A DNA stretch of 64,000 nt from Eledone cirrhosa (GCA_964016885.1 OZ024743.1:267716001-267780000); one strand, 5' to 3'; shown: positions 41,095-55,768, counted from the first letter of the stretch. Made by a program: numbers and translations. Notes: a model not told the origin generated them from the sequence alone.

Positions 41095-42199
41095 GAGAAG
41101 AAGAAGAAGAAGAAGAAGAAGAAGAAGAAGAAGAAGAAGAAGAAGAAGAAGAAGAAGAAAAAGAAGAAGAAGAAATCGTTATCATCGTCGAAAGATAAAG
41201 AGTGAAAACAGACACCTTCCCTATATTAGGCGCGCAAGGAAAGATCCTAAACCCTAGGACAAATATATATTATACACAAGAACCCTAAAAGTCATAATAC
41301 ACAAATTGCCAAACAATTCTTTTAAATCAATATCAAATGCTCGGCACGTGGCCTAGACACATAGAGCTATGCTCAATAATGAAGTCAGAACATCAATGAA
41401 AATATGATTAAGGAACATTATCATTTCCGATTGCTGGCCTTGTGCAAAAAGTAGAAACAATTATCATTTCCGATTTAGAGACTAATTTTGGTGGCAGGGA
41501 AAATAGATTACACCGAATACTCGTAATTAATTGGTACTGTGAAATTATAAGGGGGCTGTAGTAATTGTTTCTAACATAGGTGCAAGGTCAGTAATAATTA
41601 GGGAAGGAATAGTATATTAAATCGTCCTCAGTCCGTTACTGAAACTTTATTTTCTCGACCGTATGAGGAGGTGAGGCAAAGTTTAATTGGATGGGATATG
41701 AACACAGAATGAGAAGGGCTGTAAATACATGTCACAATGGCATTTCGTCAATCCGAAATGGCAATGAAAACATCAATGGTTGTTGCAGGAATTTAAGTGA
41801 ATATTAGTTGTAGATGAAAGCAAACAGACGGAAGGAAGAAACGGAGGAGAATCATTTAAAGAGGAAAACACATTTAAAGAAAAAAAACTGTATGTATATA
41901 TATTCTCTCTCGTCCACGATTTCACAGAACTTATATTCATCGATTTCTGGGACTTAACTCCTTCTTCCTCACTTTTCGTTGCTTTACCATCTTTCATTGT
42001 TTACAGCATCGCTCGTTCCCCTTTTTTACATGTCCGAACGATTTTCTTTAGCCATTGCTCGCACCAACCGGAGGTATATGGTCTTTAAAGCGATGAAATA
42101 CCAATGAAGGTTGGAAGATCACTGATGAAGGACTAAATTTATTCATATATATATATATGCAGACGCACACACACGGACAAACACACATATACACACAAA

Positions 42200-42278
<79 letters not shown>

Positions 42279-43274
42279 TTGTGTGTGTACATATGTATTG
42301 CATGTGTTGGTGTGTGTTTCTATGGATGTAAAAATTAAACAGAAATAACACAGCAGACGACATAATACAATAAAGAAATTTATCTGTTTAACACTTTAAA
42401 TGAGAGGAAACCAGTTTTAACCTTTCGGACACTAGTACTTAATTACAAGAGAGAATGGGAATTAAAAGATAACGTAAAAAGATAAATGAAGAGAAGAGGA
42501 AGAAACGTGGAATATGAGAGAAAAGCATACGCTCATTTTCACTTAACAATTTTTTGAGAGACCTATACATATATTCAGATGCACGCTAACAGCCGAAGTG
42601 TCTGATGAACTTGTACCTGTATAAATACAGAATGCGTAACCAAGACTTTAACACACTGTATAAATAAGAAGTTCTGTAGATGCTGTACTACACCGAATTG
42701 TTAGCAAGAGATTTGCTGTGATAATAAGGGTTTCAGTGGTACGCTTCAAAATGGCCTTGCTTACACCATATCTATGATGTTTTATTCTTGATATCCGGTG
42801 TATTTCTTTCAAACTGACGCTACATTCTCTTTTCTCTTCCCTTCAATGTTTTAGTAAATCTCTTTTCTACGAATCTTTTTATCTGCATTTATACCCATAT
42901 CTTCTGCTGCATATTGTAGCAACTCTTCGTCATAGTTTTTCCAAATACGTTTTACAACTGCTCTTTATACAATGCTCTTTATACAATGATCCACATTGTT
43001 GAGCCTTCTATCATAATTCTTTTTCGTCATGTGAAAAAATCTTTATATTTTCTTAGCTTGTCTAAATCTTTTGCCAGGATATTGTGATCACATGTGATCA
43101 CATGTGATGCTCATATCAATTAATATTGATGCTATGTTGATGTTGTACAATAATATTTTGTCTATTATCTTTTAAGTCAGTATGTACAGAAAAGTCCCAA
43201 GGTATCGTTACTTTTTTATTATTTTCTTTTTTATTATTCGTATTATCGATGGCCTTATGCCTAAAGTAGAAACA

Positions 43275-43490
43275 ATTAGTATTAGCATCTATAGAGCGTC
43301 GGATGCCATGATTTGCAGCACAGAGTTATGGCCCTTTATGATCTGGGTTCAAATCCTGCCGAGATTATCTTTGCCGTTCATCTTTACGGGCTCGATAAAA
43401 TGAAGTACCAGTAATGCACTGCGGTTGATTTAATCGAATTTCCCCTCCCACAAAATGTGCAGGCCTTGTGCCTATAGTAGAAATCATTAT
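43275..43490 (+). mobile_element. tRNA-derived SINE (diverged)
   Basis: GGTTCAAATCCTGCCGAG..TCGATAAAATGAAGTACCAG..GGCCTTGTGCC. Confidence 0.8.
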
Positions 43491-43509
43491 TATTGTTTAA
43501 CAATAATAA

Positions 43510-44125
43510 TTTCTCTATAGGACAAGAGCCGATATATAGAGGTCTACACAAAAACAGGGAAAGTGGAGGTTTACATAAAATCGAGTATTAAAAGATATAA
43601 CAAATACCAATAAAATTATAACTATGAAAATTCCCCAATAGGGGTGAACACCATCCAGGTGTGACGCAGGAATCCAAATATCCAACCACCCTATCCAAAC
43701 TATGCATCCTACAGCACATGGCCAGCTCTTTACGATGGACTCGGTCGATATTCTGATCCGTCTTACACGTGATAATAACTAGTCCGCATATTTCCACAAG
43801 TTAGCAATGCACGGACATTGGACATGTGCTTGAACACATGTCGGACAGGACCAGCTGACCGCTCCCCCGTGCCTGTTGAGTTTATCACGCACCGGCACTG
43901 ACCAACCCAACCACCACCAACCCCGAAGCACTGTCAATCTATGGTTTTCTAGAATTTGTCTATATTCTCCGACTCGAAAGTTCTCTGGAACAAACTTGTC
44001 AGTTCGATTTAATCGATGCCCAGAAACTCTCCGAGAACGTCTTCGCACTTCCCCACCACTAATCCTCTCTAGAACTCTAGAGTAGAATTTTCACTGACCG
44101 TATTGTAAGACTAGTATTGGGCAGT
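43510..44125 (-). mobile_element. Decayed Tx1-type 3' fragment
   Basis: PVRDKLNRHGGAVSWSCPTC..HVQCPCIANLW; 3'UTR box CCCCTATTGGGGAATTT shared with the other Tx1 copies. Confidence 0.75.
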
Positions 44126-44910
44126 AATAATAATTGTTTCTACGTTAGGCACAAGGCCAGCAATTACCAAGTGCATTACAGGTACTTTATTTTATCGACC
44201 CCGTAAGGATGAAAGGTAGTAATAATAATAAATGATATTAATAATAATTGTTTTTACTTTTGGCACAAGGCCAGCAATTAACCAGTACATTACTGTTACT
44301 GAGGTTTACATGTAGTAATGTATAGGGACATCAACGAAGTGCAAACTGTAGCTATAATAATAACAGAATTTAAAAAATGATTAATGATAGTAATAGAACA
44401 TAATAACGTATGGCATGTAGGTCATATGAACGTGGATGAGTATATTTTAGCAGAATTCCTAGAAACCTCCACCCATCCACAAAAGCCAGATTGCTCTGGC
44501 GCCTCATGGATATTGAAAGCGCCCTATCTCCGTTTCCCTCCTTCTGCTTAGAAAAGCACAGTAAGTGTAGGCCCATTCAGCCACGCAAATCTCACCGATC
44601 TCACCCATCTTTTCTAAAAAATCATTAAATATCATCTTGAAATATTTTCGAAACGCAAAATTGAATCCTGATTTTGAAGATATTGTCAAACACAAATTGC
44701 AGTAATTTTTTGATAAGAAATTGTGATAATTAAGAAACACATACAATAAAACAGTTTTAAATTTATCTGGGAAATTGAAATATTGTACGTGTTATCTATA
44801 CCTCTGTAAATATACGTATTCATAGATAGATATAGCTTCCATCATTCGTAACTTTCTATCTATACACCCTCCTCATACATGCCAACACTGTCTTTCACAC
44901 ACACACACAC

Positions 44911-44956
<46 letters not shown>

Positions 44957-45014
44957 TGTTTTGTTGCTACGGACGCCGCGGCAGAATTGCCGGTCGCTGT
45001 CTTCAACTTTTTTT

Positions 45015-45254
45015 TCTGTGTTGTCAACACACATAAAAACAAGATGGCGTAGGACAGAACAAAGGAGAGGCAGAAAAGACAAAGAAAATAATCACCAGTC
45101 ACTGAAGAGGTCACAGAATGTGTGACGAAAGAACTTTGACAATATATGAACAATCGTCTGGTTTTGGAAATTTATAAATTTAATTTATAATAAATTGAAG
45201 TGAAAGCAACTGGTGCATGTGTTTCTTATTGGCAACATGACCCTCCCAAAGCAT

Positions 45255-45260
<6 letters not shown>
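45015..45260 (+). mobile_element. Solo family A pseudo-LTR with HHR (45098-45140) and tail
   Basis: GUCA-CUGAAGA-G-GUCACA..UGUGAC-GAAA-GAAC-UU-UGAC; ends CCCTCCCAAAGCATAACAA(TA)n. Confidence 0.85.
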
Positions 45261-45299
<39 letters not shown>

Positions 45300-45523
45300 T
45301 GTATATATGTATATATTTTTTCTCACGAGTCAGTTCTTTCGTTTCTACGGACCCCGCGGCTGAATTACCAGTCACTGTCGTCATTTTGCAAACCCCTTTA
45401 AACTGTATGTTATTACTCTGAGGTATACTATACCTTGTCGAGTGCTTGGCTGCACAGCTGAATGCATTCGTCGGCTTAGCTGTGGCTCAAGCTTCGAATA
45501 TGCTGTACTTCCATTTCTCTCTA

Positions 45524-45597
<74 letters not shown>

Positions 45598-45616
45598 TAT
45601 ATATACACACATAATA

Positions 45617-46204
45617 TCTATATATATATAAAACTGAGGATGTATGTGTGTTTATGAGTTTGAATCCCTAAAACTAGAGAAGCACCCAACCGACTGTTTT
45701 CAAACTTTACACATGTAATACTTATGTTTCAGGGGGTGTTCTGAGCTAAAGCAATTTCAAATTTTCAATGCCCTAGGGACCGCATTAGGTGATTTAGCGA
45801 TCTTTCTCTATAATTCTTAGTCTTTCTCTTTTTAGATAGATACATACGTATAACGTTGCGCCCTTATAATATATGTCTGTATGTCTGGCTGTCTGAATTA
45901 CGTCACTTCCTACAATTCACTCTGCGTCCAGAACGCGCCCTTATAATATCTGTCTGTATGTCTGCCTGTCTGCTGCCTCCGGTTATATTCCACCCTTGCT
46001 CAAGACAAATCTCACACTCAATCCCCAAACGGTTGTTAAGTGCACACAACTTCTGCCTCACGTTTTAAGCCACATTGTTGCATACTTACGTACCACCAGA
46101 CCCTTACTTCTTTGCCAGCCGTGGTTGTGGCTATACTAAGCTTAGCTAGGGCTGATATATATTTCACAATACCTTATCCAAGGCAACGCCGGGTACCACT
46201 GCTA

Positions 46205-46205
<1 letters not shown>
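45617..46205 (+). mobile_element. Non-autonomous Helitron
   Basis: A|TCTATATA..AAAACTG 5' end, 3' GGCAACGCC hairpin then CTAG|T, internal GTCT repeats. Confidence 0.8.
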
Positions 46206-46274
<69 letters not shown>

Positions 46275-46307
46275 GTGTGTGTGTGGTGGGGTGTATGTGT
46301 ATGTATG

Positions 46308-46338
<31 letters not shown>

Positions 46339-46339
46339 T

Positions 46340-46754
46340 ACCCACAGTAAAAAAATGCGATAGACCCAACTGTGGCATTTGCATCAACGTCATAGAGGGT
46401 TCGGAATTCTATTTCAAAGATGGACAACGTTTTATAGTAAAACACAATTTCACATGTGCATCGGAAAATCTAATATATGTATTAACTTGTTCAGGTTGTC
46501 GAGAACAATACATAGGCCAGACCAAAAACAGCCTCCGCCAACGCATGACTGTCCATAGATCCCAAATTGAAATACGGGAATACAGGAAAATACCACTGAG
46601 TGAACACATTGATACCTGTGCCGCCCAAAATCATCCCAACTTCAGAATCTTTCCCCTCTACAAATTTAAAGATAATGCCACCCACACCCAGTGTATCAGC
46701 AAGGAATCTTACTTCATTAACAAATACGGACCCCGTCTAAACACTTCTCCCTAA
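46340..46754 (+). pseudogene. PLE C-terminal GIY-YIG endonuclease fragment (Neptune-like)
   Basis: [55 protein letters not shown]. Confidence 0.85.
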
Positions 46755-47275
46755 GACGAACCCACAACATACACACGTCAACATACATACCTACATCAGC
46801 ACACATCTCTACCCACATATAAACACAATGACACACGTAAACACACATGCTCTATGGTGCAATACAAAAAAATATATGTGCATATATATGTATGCATATA
46901 TGTATATATATATATATATGTAGTGAATATATGTATGTGTATATATATATAGTGAATATCATTACACACCTTCTATTGTTAAGATTTTTGATGTTCTATT
47001 AAGAGAACCGATTTTACTGAAAAAATCGAATAATGTACACCATTTTACCAGGGGGAAAAAATACTGGTCCACCCACACACACATACACACACACACATAT
47101 ATATACAAACACATACACACGCGTACATCAACGTACAAAGAGACTTATACACACACACACACACACACACACGCACTTCTCCGTATAAGACAAAAGCTGA
47201 AAAATATCTTTTCACATGCTAAAATACCCCCCATTGCTTTCAGACACATTCTTACTGACCATCGAATTACTCTGC

Positions 47276-47342
<67 letters not shown>

Positions 47343-47413
47343 ATCTTAATAGCCATTTGACACACATCGCTGCTGGCCATTGTCGCAGCATCGAACACCT
47401 TACTACTACTACT

Positions 47414-47450
<37 letters not shown>

Positions 47451-48399
47451 TACACACACACACACATATTTGTTGTGAAAGAGTCATTTCTCAATCTTGG
47501 CGCAAAACCAATTTTTTATCCACATGACCTCTACCGACCAATCAAAATTCTTTTGACCAAGAATTTTTGCTGGAGCCACTTTTTTAACATAAAAACAGTC
47601 TTGGCGCAAAATCCACTTTTTACATTCACATGACCTCTACCGACCAATCAAAATTGTTTTGGCCACAAGCATTTTTGCAACACAAAAATAACGCTGGAGC
47701 CACTTTTTTAACATAAAAACAGGTAGAATTCCCAAAACTAATCAGATCAGAGCAAACAGCACGGACACTCTATCTCAAAATTATTTTTGAAAAGCATTTA
47801 GAAATGCGCAACCGGTAAAAACTTAAAAACTTAAAACCACAACTGAATACTAACCCATACAATCACTAATACTCTTTTATTCTTAATTAAACCATTTTTC
47901 AACTGTGAACAATTTGTCAGCATTTTCTATTCCGTTTACCAATATATATATATATATACATATGCATATACATATATACATATATATATGTGTGTGTGTG
48001 AAAGACAGTGTTGGCATGTATGAGAAGGGTATATAGATAGAAAGTTACGAATGATGGAAGCTATATCTATCTATCAATACGTATATTTACAGAGAATATA
48101 GATAACACGTTCAATTAGCATTTTCCTCACTGGCTTCTATTAGCTAAAGTCTTCAATTTTCCCAGATAAATTTAAAACTGTTTTATTATGATATGTGTTT
48201 CTTAATTATCACAATTTCTGATCAAAAAATTACTGCAATTTGTGTTTGACCATATCTTCAAACTCAGGATTCAATTTTGCGTTTGGAAAATATTTCAAGA
48301 TGTTATTTGATGATTTTTGTTTTTATATATACTTCTACGTATGTATTTTGACTTAGTTTTGGTGTAAGGTTAAAGAGAGAGGGACCAGTTGAGGTGAAT

Positions 48400-48800
48400 A
48401 ATTTGTTGTGGGCCGACATCAAGGTGCCCAACCCTTAGGTGTACTTTAAAGAAGAAGGGCAATGTTGATGGAATATTTTCCACATCAGGCATATAATGTA
48501 GCATTCGCGGCGCCGTTGGAGGGATTAGAGTTTGAGCTTTTTTAATCGACCCCGTAAAACCAAGCCTGTCATGCAGTCCATATTTGTTGTGATTAACCTT
48601 TGAAGTGCTTCAATTTTCATAATATTTTGTTTCATTTGGAGAGAGCACAGTGGACAACAGTACTCAAGGAGGCGTAGGGCAAATGTAGAGATGAGCAGGA
48701 TAATGATGTGGATATCTATCGACTGGAAAGTTCTGAGAATCCAGGAACACACACTGCGGGCCATGTCAACTGTGCTGTTTATATGAGTGTCCCAGCCTAT
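48400..48800 (-). mobile_element. CR1/L2-type LINE 3' fragment
   Basis: WDTHINS..WILRTF..LLEYCCPL..KIEALQRLIT..RLKKLKL. Confidence 0.75.
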
Positions 48801-48978
48801 GGTGTAGAACAGAACAAAGAAGTGACACACAAAACCTAATCAGTGAGGAGTCACAGAATATGTGACGAAAGATCTTTGACAATATCGAACCAACCAACCT
48901 ACCGGAAATGTATAATAAATTGAAGTGAAAACACACAGGTGCGTGTGTTTTTATTGAAAACGTTGCCCTCCCGAAGTA

Positions 48979-48985
<7 letters not shown>
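48800..48985 (+). mobile_element. Diverged family A-like pseudo-LTR with decayed HHR
   Basis: GUGAGGA-GUCACA..UGUGAC-GAAA-GAUC-UU-UGAC; tail CCCTCCCGAAGTATAAC(TA)n. Confidence 0.75.
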
Positions 48986-49039
<54 letters not shown>

Positions 49040-49174
49040 TTGTGAAGGAACAGGGGCTGTGTTGTTGTGTTGTTGCTGGATGAAGTGTATTCATAATTAG
49101 GAGCAAAGCACGAACAGTGGATAGTTTCCCTTCATCAGTTGTCTTCTAGAGATCATGGACATTTCTACGCATTA

Positions 49175-49246
<72 letters not shown>

Positions 49247-49255
49247 GTGTGTGTG

Positions 49256-49288
<33 letters not shown>

Positions 49289-49380
49289 TTATGTTCCCTC
49301 TAAGCGCTTCCATATACCGATCGTTGTTTTTTTTTTCCGAAGTCTGTTTTATTTGTATTCTTTATCAATTCCGTTTGTTA

Positions 49381-50256
49381 TCTATATATATAAAACTGTG
49401 GTTGTCTGTCTGTCTATCGATTTTTGGCACACATCTCCTCTTAGAATCTCTCACGGAATTGCACCGAAATTGCTATACTTGTACATTGAGCCCTAGCGAA
49501 GACATCGGAAAAAAAATTTTCAAATTGACCCACCCTATGTGACGAAATCGAATATAATGTATCAATTTTTGAGCGTAAGTTATCAGTTATTTCCCTTTGT
49601 TCTGTTTACATTGAGCGTCTTACGTAAAAAATTACGCTGGCTTTAACAGTTGTCGAGCCAGCAAAATATTGACCTACAAAATTCATCAGTTCGAACACTA
49701 AGCTTCCGTTTTGCTTCATTTCCATTTAAAAGCATTTTAAAACAATATTTTTACTTGAAAACAAGTCTATTTAAAGACTACGTAAAACAAGCAAATATTT
49801 CGTCGTTAGGCGTGCAGACAGACAGTCGTGCAGACAGACAGTCATGCAGAGAGGTGATATAGGCGTGCAGACAGACAGTCGTGCAGAGAGGTGATATAGG
49901 CGTGCAGACAGACAGTCGTGCAGAGAGGTGATATAGGCGTGCAGACAGACATAACTGATAATTTGGTTACGCTAATGTTTTTCTCTGCGTTGCAGTGTTT
50001 ACATTTTCGATCTTTGTTAATAAATAACCAGTGTAGTTTCTATCCCCAGCATCCTCTTTTGTTATAACATTCGGGTTATCGTTATGTTTTCTTAACTTCA
50101 TAAGGCATATTGTTGGTTGAGGGAATATTAATCAAAAACACCACATGCAAGTCTGCACAGTAGACACTACATTTTTTAAGCCAAAAAAGAAACTTAACAT
50201 TGTAACTTTAACACAGCTACTGAGCGACCCCGAGCAACGCCGGGCTTTACTGCTAG
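49381..50256 (+). mobile_element. Non-autonomous Helitron with internal ~37-bp minisatellite (49808-49950)
   Basis: A|TCTATATATATAAAACTG start and CCCGAGCAACGCCGGG hairpin then CTAG|T end. Confidence 0.85.
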
Positions 50257-50695
50257 TATTTGATAACATTTAAACATTTATTTAGTTTTGATCTTTCGGA
50301 CCAACGCTATCTACGGAATAATAAATTTAATAAAGTTATATTGAAATAGTAATGCAAACATCTGTGCAAAGAATTTTAAATAATGCCATAGATTTTGACA
50401 TTTTATATGCAACACCACTTATCAAATATCATTACTGTGAATAATCGCAAATATAATTCTTCATGAGAAATTGCACACGCACACACAAACATCCCACTAT
50501 CTCTCTCTATATATATTAATGCATTCATACATACACACCTATTTTTATATATATATATATATACATACATGCTTGTATATATATACATATCTACACACAC
50601 AAACTCACATACACAAACATCCCACACTCTCTAAATATATATTAATGCATTCATACATACACACCTATTTATATATATATATATCTATATATCTA

Positions 50696-50737
<42 letters not shown>

Positions 50738-50824
50738 CATACATATATATATATATATACATACATACAAGCTTGTATATATATACATATTTGCACACAC
50801 AAACTCACACGCACACACAAACAT

Positions 50825-50860
<36 letters not shown>

Positions 50861-50889
50861 GCAGACACTATTATATAAATATGTACACA

Positions 50890-52308
50890 CATATATATAT
50901 ATAAAAGTATAATTCGTGAACGATCGCTTATCCGTGTGTCTAAAAGTCGTCTGATGTTTAAGGAACTATTAATTAAACCGGCCCACCGCCACACCTACAT
51001 ATGTTTTGACCTCCTGTTGTTGGTTTGGTTGGGTATATATAACTACAGCTTCATAAACTAAAGCGTGTGTATCGCACTGTTGTTGAAGGGGGCATACCTC
51101 TGGCTTCCTGCAAGACGATCCAGGTGGAGTTGAACTCTTGTGGTTGGTGATGATGTGGACTTTCATATATTTAGCACAAGAATAACCGAGTTTTACCCTC
51201 TGTCTATTGAAGATCGTTCGGTATTTATACCTGTCGGGAAGTGCTTACCTACGAGTGCTAAGTATTTCTTACATACATTTATTCTAACACTGTGAGAAGG
51301 GTGGAAAGAACAAAATTACTTTTCTATTTCGACTTTTCTTCTCATTGGTGATGGGGTTAGGAGGGAAATAAGAAATTGTGTCAGAGAAGCCGCTCTTGGC
51401 TAATGCAATGTTGTAGTAGGGTGCCGCTCTATGTTAGAAGAATGATTAGAGATCCTAGTACTGATATTGTTACGAAGTATTTGAAGACCCTAGGTGTATT
51501 TGTGTATGTAGCTTAATTTTTATTAAGTTTATGGAAATTCCGAATATGTGTCTGCGGAGGTCTACATTAAAACCTAGATAAGCTACTCTAGTCAGGTTTG
51601 TGGCTATAGTGATCCTAATTCCTAACTCGTTAAAAGTAGCAGTTCGGCTTTTATAGCAGGATAGAGTCACACAGTTGTCGTGGTATAAACCACGGTGGAA
51701 GTCTGGGAATCCGACTCGGAACATATCTAAAATGTATAATCTAACCAAATCGCATATATCAGCATTATCGAACGATCCCGTTGACCCATCAGATAGTTCC
51801 GAGGTAATTGACTTCTTTGTCCAGACTACGCCATTACTGAAGAGGAGTGGTTTTCTGCAGTGTGTAAATATCTGTTTATCCAAGTCATGGTGGCCAATTC
51901 CAACGGGATATCCAACAGGGTCGCCGAGATCGACGGGCAAAAGTCCACTATATCGAACTGGGTGTATTTATCATATTTTGTTTCTGAAGGAATTGAAACA
52001 CTTAATGATAGAATCACTCTTCTCCCACTGGGGCAGGTTGGATTTCGTCCAAATAGTCTTAGCAATAACTCTAAGGATAGATTTGCTGAATATCCCCATC
52101 TCTGTACGTGCTGGATTCAGCAGTTTCAAGTTGGGTTATTAGCAAAATCAGCCTTATGGTCGTTAAGGTTTAGAAAGACCTCACACTTAGCTAGGCATTG
52201 CAGTTTCTTATCTATCTTAAGTGTGGAGGGTAGTTGCTTCACTTCTCTATTTATGTTAATGCAGGCTGTGGGGTCCGCTTTCTTATATGTGACTTCAAAG
52301 ATGGGTTG

Positions 52309-52310
<2 letters not shown>
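50890..52310 (-). pseudogene. Decayed PLE RT/EN related to family B
   Basis: QPNLKLLNPA, TQFDIVDFCPSIS, CRKPLLF, GSFDNADICDLV, GLYHDN, CRKPEVCPLQQQC..LVYEA..TYVG. Confidence 0.8.
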
Positions 52311-52358
<48 letters not shown>

Positions 52359-52465
52359 AAAAAAGTAAGTGACATCGTCACTACTTTAAACCTGATAGCG
52401 TATGGACTTTTAGATGTTTTTAATTAAACATACGGCATATTGCCAAATATACTATACATACATTG

Positions 52466-52504
<39 letters not shown>

Positions 52505-52512
52505 CATATATA

Positions 52513-52706
52513 TAAAACGAAGGAAGTGTGGTAAGGAAACAGGTGGATCATAACGCACCAGAGTACTCGATATTTTGGGTAATAGAGTGGGTAATAGGAA
52601 AAGGTTCAGGACCCCGACGCCAGAGCTCAAGCCATTTCGACGGCTATTCCAGAAATATCCACCGAAATAGCCTGAGCTCTGCCGTCGGGATCCTGAAACA
52701 GTTCCT
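52513..52706. mobile_element. Diverged family C foldback insertion
   Basis: Same tail and GAGCTC-centred stem as 6722-7056, inserted in (TA)n. Confidence 0.75.
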
Positions 52707-53089
52707 ATATATATATATATATATCTCACATATCGACATTGTGTCACATATCGACCCTAGATACCCCAAGACATGCGGATATATTTGAAGATGGCCTCAA
52801 AAGATTGATCAATTTGCTGATCAATAGTATTGGCCGGGGCATTGCGTTCTTGAACGAAATATGTTTCATGTGGCTCCATTCAACTCAGCATATGAGTACC
52901 CGTATTTTTTGGTGAGGTTTATCTCTCCAATGGACTAAGTTCTTGTACTCTCACTAACATAGCCCCAATGCCAGTGGAATGAGCCCTTTATTAATGAGCC
53001 TACCGACATGGGATAGACTTGAATATATGGTCAGTTTCGTGTTGCATTTTATTAGAGTGATAATCATTTATCAAATACATCTATGTATA

Positions 53090-53282
53090 TAATTGTTTCT
53101 ACTTTTAGCACAAGGCCAGCCATTATCCAGTGCATTACTGGTACTTTATTTTATCGACCCCGTAAGGATGAAAGGCAAAGTTAACCTCAGCGGGATTTGA
53201 ACTCAGATCATAAAGGGCCGTAACTCTTTGCTGCAAAGTATGGCATCCGACCCTCTACCGATACTGCCAATCCACCGCCCTA
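53090..53282 (-). mobile_element. Full-length tRNA-derived SINE
   Basis: Reverse complement of the consensus from GGGCGGTGGATTGGCAG to AGTAGAAACAATTA. Confidence 0.9.
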
Positions 53283-54138
53283 ATATCTCTATGTATATAA
53301 TAAAACCTAGCGAGACGTGGAATTCCTATGTTTAATGTTTTTTTTTTATATGGTAATGTATGAATAGATACTTATTGTTTCATTAACATTTCGACTATGT
53401 TTAATTCGTTCCATATTTATGGTTGGTTAAAGTGTTGTCTAACACATACACACCGTGACAAACAAAATAATTCTATAGACTTGCCACTTATCTATACATT
53501 CTGAGTTCAAATATTGCCGAAGTCAACATTGTCTTTCATTTTTCCGGGTTAATAAAATAAAGTACTAATTAAATACTGGGTTGTTTTAAATAACATTTGT
53601 CTTACCCTACATTTTTGGCCTTGTACCTAAACCTTAAAACAATATAATATACAAACGTGGAAATTCTATATTCTATAATTCAGTGAATTCTATTTTTAAT
53701 GATATAATGTGAGTTTAGGGAAATTTTGTTGCAATGAGCAACGAAATCGTTGTTGATGTCGTTGTTATTGCTGTTAGGTATGTTGCTATAGATTTTACTT
53801 AATTTTTTTAGTTTTCCGTTGTTGTTGGTTTCGTGAGAAACAAAAATAAAATAATGAAATGGTGTAGATATTCAACAACATCCGATTCTAGTGTTATCAG
53901 TAAAACGTACATGAATTGCTAAAGATTAAAATTCCGCTGTCCTCCCTCTCACAATGAATGCATTTAATCTCTCTTATGTTTGTTCTTCTTTCGTCATTCT
54001 TTGATACTAAAAGAAAAAAAAAAACCACCCGACCCTAACCATTTGAGATACTGCATAATCATATATGATCTACACCAACATCGTTATTAGTTAGAAACAT
54101 TAGATTCATCAAAACAGCTATTATTATTACTGCTAGTA

Positions 54139-54330
54139 CGGGCGATTGTATGACAGTATCGGTAGAGGGTCGTACGCCATGCTTTGCAGCAAAGAGTTAC
54201 GGCCCTTTATGGTCTGAGTTCAAATCCCGCCGGGGGTAACTTTGCCTTTCATCCTTCCGAGGTTGATAAAATAAAGTACCAGTAATGCACTGGGATAATT
54301 GTCGGCCTTGTGCCAAAAGTAGAAATATTT
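54139..54330 (+). mobile_element. tRNA-derived SINE
   Basis: Matches the consensus. Confidence 0.88.
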
Positions 54331-54765
54331 ATTACTGCTAGTACCAGTGCGGTAGATTGGTTGTATCGGTAGAGCATCGGGTAATATGCTTTACAGCATA
54401 GATTACTAGTAGTAATGATGATTTCTCATTTAGACACAAGGCCAGCAATTTGTGATGATTATATCAATTACAGAATCTAAATGGTGCTTATTTTATGGGC
54501 CTCGGGAACGGAAATATGAAGGGAAGAATTGAACTCGAGGGGGATATCTGAATATAAATAGTCGCCAAAACAAACCCGATATTATGTTGTCTGGCGCTCT
54601 AAAGATTCTGCCACATAATTACAAGTCTTCAAACAAAAGGTTTAGAACGCCCCGACTCTCTCTCACTATAAATAGATATATATATATAATTAGTTACAAT
54701 AGTGACCTATAGAGGTACTTACGTTTCATTGGGTTATACACCCCAAATAATTCACCCTGTTTATT

Positions 54766-54798
<33 letters not shown>

Positions 54799-55010
54799 TT
54801 GTTTATGTGTTCTCCATGCTCTTGTTCTCTCCGTCTATCTCATTCGCGATGAACTTCACAATATGACAACGCTCCTTCGATTCTATGCGTAATTTATTGA
54901 ATGAAGGAAAGGAGGCTCGTCAGTATTTGAACACACATACATACAAACACACACGCACACATATATATATACACGCATATATATATATATGTGTGTGTAT
55001 ATATGTGTAT

Positions 55011-55047
<37 letters not shown>

Positions 55048-55521
55048 CGGAGATGTCCACTGAACTTTCGCGTGAGAAGATTAGCAAGAAGCTTCCAGTA
55101 ATCGTGCAGGTGGGGCGAATCAAAATAGAATTCCGAGAAGTAATACAAAAAATTGTACATAAGTAACACCACAGAGTATAAACATGTTTTAAATTACTGA
55201 CCAAAGGACTTACTGAGATCAAAACATTTATTATTCTATGTACATTTTTTTAAAGCGAAAATTAGGATTGTTAATGCAAACATAACGTTTAGATATCGAT
55301 TACTTTCCGTCAAAATTATTTAGGAATAAAAAATAGTTCGATCACAGTAAGTCCTTTGCTCATTCGTCTAACTCACAGAGACACAGACACCCACGCACTC
55401 CCAAACACACACATATATGTATACACACACAATATATATATATATATATATATAAGGGAAAAAGATGAAATCGAAAATGCAACTGGAGTATTTTTTTTTT
55501 TAAATATATATTTATTTGTTT

Positions 55522-55559
55522 CCTTTACCGGTTTCGCAGTTCTTGTGCTTTTCAAAAGT
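55522..55559 (-). ncRNA. Minimal hammerhead, U3-A8 variant (family H)
   Basis: CUU-UUGAAAA-GCA(caagaac)UGC-GAAA-CCGG-UA-AAG. Confidence 0.6.
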
Positions 55560-55733
55560 AGAATTGAGATGGAGGGTTTGTGGTTTTTCTCGCAGATGCT
55601 AAGGAACCAAATAAATATATATATATTTTTTAAAAGACTCCAGTTACATTTTCGTTTTCATCTTTTTTCCTTATACATTCACTCGTGTAGGACATCTCGT
55701 TTTTTTTTCATTTTGTAAAAAAACCCACACTTT

Positions 55734-55768
<35 letters not shown>

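Noticed and set aside
49808-49950. ~37-bp repeats of CRISPR-like length
   Set aside because: They are contiguous tandem units with no unique spacers or cas genes, inside a Helitron.
53200-53282. tRNA gene candidates at SINE heads
   Set aside because: A and B boxes are present but there is no intact cloverleaf, and they are always attached to the SINE body.
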